A stretch of DNA of 64,000 bases, taken from Pristiophorus japonicus (Eukaryota). Of this stretch, positions 54,301 to 64,000 are shown one piece after another. The notes below the pieces were generated by a model. That model was not told the DNA's origin and did no database searches. It worked only from the letters and a program-made list of their open reading frames with translations. Position 1 is the first letter of the stretch. The number at the start of each line of letters is the position of its first letter. The DNA lies in contig NC_091982.1 of the NCBI RefSeq assembly GCF_044704955.1, forward strand, positions 148,986,001-149,050,000. Reading direction: 5' to 3'. Position numbers and translations under genes: made by a program.

Positions 54301-57300
54301 GGTAGTGAACACAGACAGTGAACACAGAATAGTGAACACAGTTAGTGAACACAGATAGTGAAAACAGGAAAGTTAACACAGATAGTTAACTCAGGATAGT
54401 GAGCACAGGATAGTGAACAAAGTTAGTGAATACAGGATAGTGAACACAGGATTTTGAACACAGTTAGTTAACACACTTAGTGAACACACGATTGTGACAC
54501 TCTGTTGTGAACACTGTATACTGAGAACAGCTGTTGAACACAGGGTAGGGAACACAGGATAGTGAATACAGGATAATAAACACAGGATAGTGAACACAGA
54601 TATCGAACAGCGATATGGAACAAAGGATGGTGTGCATGTGGGAAGTGAACACAGGATAGTAAACACAGATAATGAGCACAGATAATGAACACAGATCTTC
54701 AGAACAGAATAGTGAACACAGTATAGTGAACACTGAAAGTGAACACAGGATAGTGTACACAGGAAAGTGAACACAGACAATAAACAGAGATAGTGAACAC
54801 AGGATAGTGAACACAGATAGTGAATAAAGGTTAGTGAATACAGGATAGTGAAAAGAGGAAAGTGAACACAGATAGTGAACGCAGCATAGTCAGCATTGGA
54901 TACTGAACACAGAAAGTGAACACAGATAATAAACATAGATAGCGAACACAGGATATGGAACACAGATAGTGAACACAAAATAGTGAACACATATAGTGAA
55001 CACAGAGGTGAACGCACATAATGAACACAGATAGTGAATTCCAGTTAGTGAACACAGGATAGTGAACAGAGGAAAGTGAGCACAGATAGTGACCCCAGCA
55101 TAGTGAGCACTGAATAGTGAACACAGAGAGTAAACACAGGATAGTGAACACAGATAGTGAGCGCAGGATAGTGAGCCCAGGATCGTGAAATCAGTTAGTG
55201 AACACAGGATAGTGAACACAGGATTTTGAATACAGTCAGTAAACAGAGGGTAGTGTACACAGACAGCAAACACAGTTTGTGATCTCAGGGTAGTGAAAAC
55301 AGGATAGTGAATACAGATTAGTGAAAACAGGATTGTGAACACAGATAGTGAACATCGATAGTGGACACAGGATGGTGAGCATGGGGCAAGTGAACACAGT
55401 AGAGTAAACACAAATAATGAGCATGGATAATGAACACAGATCGTGAATGCATAATAGTGACCACAGGATACTTAACACAGTTAGTGAAAACAGAATAGTG
55501 AACACAGATAGTGAACACAGATAATGAACACAGATATTGAACACAGAATAGTGAACACAGATAATGAACATAGAATAATTAACACAGGATTGTGAAGACA
55601 ATAGAGTGAAGATGGCAAGTGAGCACAGGATAGTGAACACAGGATAGTGAACACAGATAGTTAATACTGGATAGTGAAGACAGATAATGAATAAAGATAG
55701 TGAACAAAGGATAGTGAACAAAGGATTATAAACACAGGATAGTGAACACAGGATAGTGATCACAAGATAGTGAACACAGGATACTGAACAGAGTTAGTTA
55801 ACACAGGATAGTGAACACAGATTGTGAATACACATTAATGAACACAGACAGTGAACACATATAGTGAACACAGATAATGAACACATATAATGAACACAGG
55901 TTAGCGAACACAGATAGTGAACGCAGGCAAGTGAGCACAGGATAGTGAACTCAGTTCGTGAACACAGGATTGTGAACACAGGATAGTAAATACAGGATAA
56001 TGAACAAAGGATGGTGAACACAGCAATAGTGAACAAAGGATGGTGTGCATGGGGGAAGTGAACACAGGATAGTAAACACAGATAAAGAGCACTGATAATG
56101 AACACAGATCTTGCACAGAGAATAGTGAACACAGGATAGTGAACACAGTGAATGAACACAGGATAGTGAACACAGATAGTGAACACAGATAATGAACACA
56201 AATATTGAATACAGGAAAGAGAACATGAATCGTGAACCCAGGATAGTGTGCACAGGATAGTGAACACAGGATAGTTGGCACAGATAGTGAACACAAGATA
56301 GTGAACGCAGTATAGTTAAGATAGTATAGTGAACACTGATTGTGAACATGGGATTGTGAACAATGATAGTGAATACATTATAGTGAGCACAGGTGGTGAA
56401 CAAATGATAGTGAGGACAGGATAGTGAAAAAAGGAAAGTGAACTCTGCTAGTGAACACAGGATAGTGAACACAGGATAGAGAACACAGGAGAGTGAAAAC
56501 AGATAGTACACAGGAAAGTGTACACAGGATAGTGAGCACAGAGAGTGAACACAGAATAGTGAACTCGGGATAGTGAACACAAGATAGTGAAGATCGATAG
56601 CGAACATAGGATGGTGAACACATGATAGTGTAGTTAACACAGGATAGTGAACAATGATAGTGAACACATGATTGTGAACAAACAATAGTGAATACAGAGA
56701 GTGAACACAGATCGTGAACACACATAATGAACACAGAATTGTGAACACAATAATGTGAGCCTGGCAAGTGAGCACAGGTTAGTGAACACAGGATAGTGAA
56801 CATAGAAAGTCAACAGAGGATAGTGAACACCGATAATGAACACAGATGGTGAACACAGGATAGTGAGCACAAGATTGTGAGTCCAGGATAGCAAACACAG
56901 ATAGTGAGCACAGATAGTGAACACATAGAGTGAACACAGGTAGTGAACTCAGGATAGTGAACACAGGATTGTGAATATTGTGGAGTGAACACTATATATG
57001 CAGCACAAGATAGTGAACACAGTTAGTGAACACAGGATAGTGAACACAGATAGTGAGCGCAGGATAGTGAGCCCAGGATCGTGAAATCAGTTAGTGAACA
57101 CAGGATAGTGAACACAGTGAATGAACACAGGATAGTGAACACAGATAGTGAACACAGATAATGAACACAAATATTGAATACAGGAAAGAGAACATGAATC
57201 GTGAACCCAGGATAGTGTGCACAGGATAGTGAACACAGGATAGTTGGCACAGATAGTGAACACAAGATAGTGAATGCAGTATAGTTAAGATAGTATAGTG

Positions 57301-60300
57301 AACACTGATTGTGAACATGGGATTGTGAACAATGATAGTGAATACATTATAGTGAGCACAGGTGGTGAACAAATGATAGTGAGGACAGGATAGTGAAAAA
57401 AGGAAAGTGAACTCTGCTAGTGAACACAGGATAGTGAACACAGGATAGAGAACACAGGAGAGTGAAAACAGATAGTACACAGGAAAGTGTACACAGGATA
57501 GTGAGCACAGAGAGTGAACACAGAATAGTGAACTCGGGATAGTGAACACAAGATAGTGAAGATCGATAGCGAACATAGGATGGTGAACACATGATAGTGT
57601 AGTTAACACAGGATAGTGAACAATGATAGTGAACACATGATTGTGAACAAACAATAGTGAATACAGAGAGTGAACACAGATCGTGAACACACATAATGAA
57701 CACAGGATTGTGAACACAATAATGTGAGCCTGGCAAGTGAGCACAGGTTAGTGAACACAGGATAGTGAACACAGAAAGTCAACAGAGGATAGTGAACAGC
57801 GATAATGAACACAGATAGTGAACACAGGATAGTGAGCACAAGATTGTGAGTCCAGGATAGCAAACACAGATAGTGAGCACAGATAGTGAACACATAGAGT
57901 GAACACAGGTAGTGAACTCAGGATAGTGAACACAGGATTGTGAATATTGTGGAGTGAACACTATATATGCAGCACAAGATAGTGAACACAGTTAGTGAAC
58001 ACAGGATAGTGAACACAGATAGTGAGCGCAGGATAGTGAGCCCAGGATCGTGAAATCAGTTAGTGAACACAGGATAGTGAACACAGGATTGTGAACACAG
58101 TCAGTAAACAGAGGGTAGTGTACACAGACAGTGAACACAGTTTGTGAACTCAGGGTAGTGAAAAAAGGATAGTGAAAACAGGATAGTGAACACAGGATAG
58201 TGAACACAGATAATGAATACAGATATTGAACACAGATAGTGAACACAGGATAGTGAGCACAAGATTGTGAGTCCAGGATAGCAAACACAGATAGTGAGCA
58301 CAGATAGTGAACACATAGAGTGAACACAGGTAGTGAACTCAGGATAGTGAACACAGGATTGTGAATATTGTGGAGTGAACACTGTATATGCAGCACAAGA
58401 TAGTGAACACAGTTAGTGAACACAGATAATGAACACAGATATTGAACACAGAATAGTGAACACAGATAATGAACATAGAATAATGAACACAGGATTGTGA
58501 AGACAATAGAGTGAAGATGGCAAGTGAGCACAGGATAGTGAACACAGGATAGTGAACACAGATAGTTAATACTGGATAGTGAAGACAGATAATGAATAAA
58601 GATAGTGAACAAAGAAGAGTGAACAAAGGATTATGAACACAGGATAGTGAACACAGGATAGTGATCACAAGATAGTGAACACAGGATACTGAACAGAGTT
58701 AGTTAACACAGGATAGTGAACACAGATTGTGAATACACATTAATGAACACAGACAGTGAACACATATAGTGAACACAGATAATGAACACATATAATGAAC
58801 ACAGGTTAGCGAACACAGATAGTGAACGCAGGCAAGTGAGCACAGGATAGTGAACTCAGTTCGTGAACACAGGATTGTGAACACAGGATAGTAAATACAG
58901 GATAATGAACAAAGGATGGTGAACACAGCAATAGTGAACAAAGGATGGTGTGCATGGGGGAAGTGAACACAGGATAGTAAACACAGATAAAGAGCACTGA
59001 TAATGAACACAGATCTTGCACAGAGAATAGTGAACACAGGATAGTGAACACAGTGAATGAACACAGGATAGTGAACACAGATAGTGAACACAGATAATGA
59101 ACACAAATATTGAATACAGGAAAGAGAACATGAATCGTGAACCCAGGATAGTGTGCACAGGATAGTGAACACAGGATAGTTGGCACAGATAGTGAACACA
59201 AGATAGTGAACGCAGTGTAGTTAAAATAGAATAGTGAACACTGATTGTGAACATGGGATTGTGAACAATGATAGTGAATACATTATAGTGAGCACAGGTG
59301 GTGAACAAATGATAGTGAGGACAGGATAGTGAAAAAAGGAAAGTGAACTCTGCTAGTGAACACAGGATAGTGAATACGGATAGTGAACACAGGATAGTGA
59401 ACACAGGATAGAGAACACAGGATAGTGAAAACAGATAGTACACAGGAAAGTGTACACAGGATAGTGAGCACAGAGAGTGAACACAGAATAGTGAACTCGG
59501 GATAGTGAACACAAGATAGTGAAGATCGATAGCGAACATAGGATGGTGAGCACATGATAGTGTAGTTAACACAGGATAGTGAACAATGATAGTGAACACA
59601 TGATTGTGAACAAACAATAGTGAATACAGAGAGTGAACACAGATCGTGAACACACATAATGAACACAGGAGTCTGAACACAATAATGTGAGCCTGGCAAG
59701 TGAGCACAGGTTAGTGAACACAGGATAGTGAACACAGAAAGTCAACAGAGGATAGTGAACACCGATAATGAACACAGATAGTGAACACAGGATAGTGAGC
59801 ACAAGATTGTGAGTCCAGGATAGCAAACACAGATAGTGAGCACAGATAGTGAACACAGGTAGTGAACTCAGGATAGTGAACACAGGATTGTGAATATTGT
59901 GGAGTGAACACTGTATATGCAGCACAAGATAGTGAACACAGTTAGTGAACACAGGATAGTGAACACAGATAGTGAGCGCAGGATAGTGAGCTCAGGATCG
60001 TGAAATCAGTTAGTGAACACAGGATAGTGAACACAGGATTGTGAACACTGTCAGTAAACAGAGGGTAGTGTACACAGACAGTGAACACAGTTTGTGGACT
60101 CAGGGTAGTGAAAAAAGGATAGTGAAAACAGGATAGTGAACACAGGATAGTGAACACAGATAGTGTACATCGATAGTGGACACAGGATGGTGAGCATGGG
60201 GCAAGTGAACACAGGAGAGTAAACACAGATAATGAGCATGAATAATGAACACAGATCATAAGCGCAGAATAGTGAACACAGGATACTGAACAGTTAGTGA

Positions 60301-63300
60301 AAACAGGATAGTGAACACTGATAGTGAACACAGATAATAAATACAGATATTGAACACAGAATAGTGAACACAGATAATGAACACATAATAATGAATACAG
60401 AGAGTGAACACTGATAGTGAACACAGAATAGTGACCACAGGATTATGAAGACAATATATGAAGATGGCAAGTGAGCACAAGATAGTGAACACAGGATAGT
60501 GAACACAGATAGTTAACACTGGACAGTGAAGACAGAAAATGAACATAGATAGTGTACAAAGGATAGTGAACATAGAATTGTGAACACAGGATAGTGAACA
60601 CAGATAGTGAGCACAGGATAGTGAACACAGGATAGTGGACACAGATGGTGAACACTGGATAGTGATCACAGATAATTAACACAGATAGTGAACACAAGAC
60701 AGTGAACACAGTATAGAGAACACAGGATAGAGAACACAGGATAGTGAACACACATAGGGAACACAGGATTGTGAACACAATATAGTGAATAAGGCAAGTG
60801 AGTACAGGATAGTGAACACAGGATTGGGAACACAGGATAGTGAACACAAGAATGTGAACACAGATAGGAAACTCAGGATAGTGAGCACAGGATAGTGAAC
60901 ACAAGAATCTGAACACAGATAGGAAACTCAGGATAGTGAGCAAAGGATAGTGAACACAATTAGTGAACAAGTTAGTGAACACAGGATAGTGAACACAGGA
61001 TAGTGAACACAGGATAGTGAAAATAGATAGTACACAGGAAAGTGTACACAGGATAGTGAGCACAGAGAGTGAACACAGAATAGTGAACTCGGGATAGTGA
61101 ACACAAGATAGTGAAGATCGATAGCGAACATAGGATGGTGAACACATGATAGTGTAGTTAACACAGGATAGTGAACAATGATAGTGAACACATGATTGTG
61201 AACAAACAATAGTGAATACAGAGAGTGAACACAGATCGTGAACACACATAATGAACACAGGATTGTGAACACAATAATGTGAGCCTGGCAAGTGAGCACA
61301 GGTTAGTGAACACAGGATAGTGAACACAGAAAGTCAACAGAGGATAGTGAACACCGATAATGAACACAGATAGTGAACACAGGATAGTGAGCACAAGATT
61401 GTGAGTCCAGGATAGCAAACACAGATAGTGAGCACAGATAGTGAACACATAGAGTGAACACAGGTAGTGAACTCAGGATAGTGAACACAGGATTGTGAAT
61501 ATTGTGGAGTGAACACTGTATATGCAGCACAAGATAGTGAACACAGTTAGTGAACACAGGATAGTGAACACAGATAGTGAGCGCAGGATAGTGAGCCCAG
61601 GATCGTGAAATCAGTTAGTGAACACAGGATAGTGAACACAGGATTGTGAACACAGTCAGTAAACAGAGGGTAGTGTACACAGACAGTGAACACAGTTTGT
61701 GAACTCAGGGTAGTGAAAAAAGGATAGTGAAAACAGGATAGTGAACACAGGATAGTGAACACAGATAATGAATACAGATATTGAACACAGATAGTGAACA
61801 CAGGATAGTGAGCACAAGATTGTGAGTCCAGGATAGCAAACACAGATAGTGAGCACAGATAGTGAACACATAGAGTGAACACAGGTAGTGAACTCAGGAT
61901 AGTGAATACAAGATTGTGAATATTGTGGAGTGAACACTGTATATGCAGCACAAGATCGTGAACACAGTTAGTGAACACAGGATAGTGAACACAGATAGTG
62001 AGCGCAGGATAGTGAGCTCAGGATCGTGAAATCAGTTAGTGAACACAGAATAGTGAACACAGGATTGTGAACACTGTCAGTAAACAGAGGGTAGTGTACA
62101 CAGACAGTGAACACAGTTTGTGAACTCAGGGTAGTGAAAAAAGGATAGTGAAAACAGGATAGTGAACACAGGATAGTGAACACAGATAGTGTACATCGAT
62201 AGTGGACACAGGATGGTGAGCATGGGGCAAGTGAACACAGGAGAGTAAACACAGATAATGAGCATGAATAATGAACACAGATCATAAGCGCAGAATAGTG
62301 AACACAGGATACTGAACAGTTAGTGAAAACAGGATAGTGAACACTGATAGTGAACACAGATAATGAATACAGATATTGAACACAGAATAGTGAACACAGA
62401 TAATGAACACATAATAATGAATACGGAGAGTGAACACTGATAGTGAACACAGAATAGTGACCACAGGATTATGAAGACAATATATGAAGATGGCAAGTGA
62501 GCACAAGATAGTGAACACAGGATAGTGAACACAGGATAGTGGACACAGATGGTGAACACTGGATAGTGATCACAGATAATTAACACAGATAGTGAACACA
62601 GGACAGTGAACACAGTATAGAGAACACAGGATAGAGAACACAGGATAGTGAACACACATAGGGAACACAGGATTGTGAACACAATATAGTGAATAAGGCA
62701 AGTGAGTACAGGATAGTGAACACAGGATTGGGAACACAGGACAGTGAACACAAGAATGTGAACACAGATAGGAAACTCAGGATAGTGAGCACAGGATAGT
62801 GAACACAAGAATCTGAACACAGATAGGAAACTCAGGATAGTGAGCAAAGGATAGTGAACACAGTTAGTGAACAAGTTAGTGAACACAGGATAGTGAACAC
62901 AGATAGTGCATGCAGGATAGTGAATACAAGATAGTGTACACAGAAAAGTGAACACAGATCGTGAACCCAGGATAGTGAGCACTGGATAGTGAACACAGAT
63001 AGTGAACACAGGATAGTGAACACAGATTGTAAGCACAGGTATGTGAACACAGATAGTGATGACAGGATAGTGAAGGACGGACAGTGAACAGAGGATAGTG
63101 ACCACTGATAGTGAACACATCGGAGTGAGAAAAGGATAGTTAATACAGCATAGTGAACACTGATAGTGAACACAGCATTTTGAACACAGGATAGTGAAAA
63201 TGGGATTCTGAATATTGATAGTGAACACAGTATAGCGAGCAAAAAAAATGAACAAATGATAGTGAGCACAGGTATTGAACACAGGATAGTGAACACCGAT

Positions 63301-63904
63301 AGTGAGCACAGGATAGTGAACACAGGATAGTGAAAACAGATAGTACACAGAAAAATGAACACAGGATAGTGAACACTGATAGTGAACACAGGATAGTGAA
63401 CACAGGTTAGTGAAAACAGATAGTACACAGAAAAATGAACACAGGATAGTGAACACAGGATAGTGAAAACAGATCATGAACACAGAATAGTGAACACAAG
63501 ATAGTGAACACAGATATTGAACACAGGATAGTGAACACAGAAAATGAACACAGATCGTGAACACAGGATAGTGAACACATGATAGTGTGCAAAGAATAGC
63601 GAACACAGATAGTGAGCACAGATAGTGACCACAGAGTGTGAACACAGATAGTAAACACAGATATTGAACATAGATAATGAACACAGGATAGTAAACACAG
63701 ATAGTGAACACAGAATAATGAACACAGATAGTGAACACAGAGAGTGAACACAGATAATGAACACAGGATAGTCAACAAGTAACAGTGAACACAGGATAGT
63801 GAACACAGGAAAGTGAACACAGATAGTGAACACAGGCTAGTAAAAACAGAAAATGAACATAGATAGTTAACACAGGATAGTGAACACAGGATTGTGAACA
63901 CATA
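39392..63904 (+). repeat. Degenerate 13/14-bp satellite, segment 4
   Basis: Same monomers and orientation. 2.3-2.6 kb diverged blocks (CCACATTTATTGAACAAACT at ~42619, 44900, 47496) and near-identical duplications at 55.1-62.9 kb (offsets 969, 2026, 2905, 3555 bp visible as identical or near-identical ORF-track entries). Confidence 0.97.
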
Positions 63905-64000
63905 ATAAGAACATAAGAACATAAGAATGAGGAACAGGAGTAGGCCATCTAGCCCCTCGAGCCTGCTCCACCATTTAACAAGATCATGGCTGATCTGGCC
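63905..64000 (-). mobile_element. 3' end of a second CR1/HER1-type LINE or partner SINE (continues beyond window)
   Basis: Reverse complement reads GGCCAGATCAGCCATGATCTTGTTAAATGGTGGAGCAGGCTCGAGGGGCTAGATGGCCTACTCCTGTTCCTCA followed by about three TTCTTATG octamers; homologous to 22670-22754. Octamer tails are characteristic of CR1 elements. LINE vs SINE cannot be resolved from 96 bp. Confidence 0.88.

Noticed and set aside
1-63904. CRISPR array or iteron-like prokaryotic repeat
   Set aside because: No unique spacers, monomers only 13-14 bp, no cas or rep genes, and the inserted elements are vertebrate-type retroelements.
1-63904. Array of V(D)J recombination signal sequences (CACAG resembles heptamer CACAGTG)
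   Set aside because: The consensus gives CACAGGA/CACAGAT, and the positions 12 or 23 bp downstream read GATAGTGAA/CAGGATAGT-like, not ACAAAAACC; no V, D or J segments seen. An RIC-score scan would settle it.
136-63922. Hundreds of minus-strand ORFs (VFTILCSLSCVHYP-type) as protein-coding genes
   Set aside because: They overlap in all three frames, are direct translations of the satellite, mostly start at GTG/TTG and contain no domain; the stop-free consensus explains them.

Overview
Eukaryotic, almost certainly vertebrate, heterochromatin-type DNA with no supportable host gene. About 58.5 kb of the 64 kb is one head-to-tail degenerate satellite of interleaved 13-bp (GTGAACACAGATA) and 14-bp (GTGAACACAGGATA) monomers, organised into nested duplicated blocks of ~0.4 kb to ~9 kb, plus a match ~45 kb apart. 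Four retroelement insertions interrupt it: (1) a 704-bp solo LTR on the minus strand (9498-10201); (2) a near-full-length, decayed CR1-clade LINE on the plus strand (18671-22754) with a zinc-finger/coiled-coil/SGNH-esterase ORF1, an APE+RT ORF2 and an AAGTTT target-site duplication; (3) a second, U5-truncated copy of the same LTR (38738-39391); (4) the 3' tail of another CR1-type LINE/SINE on the minus strand running off the right edge (63905-64000). The LINE 3' ends resemble the HER1/HE1 type recalled from sharks and rays, so a cartilaginous-fish source is inferred, not proven. The hundreds of minus-strand 'VFTILCSLSCVHYP' ORFs arise because the satellite has no stop codon in any minus-strand frame. 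I found no prokaryotic system, CRISPR array or convincing new gene system. The best leads are the satellite's architecture, repeated LTR insertion at the same monomer motif, and a possible -1 frameshift signal between LINE ORF1 and ORF2. All alignments and counts were done by eye.
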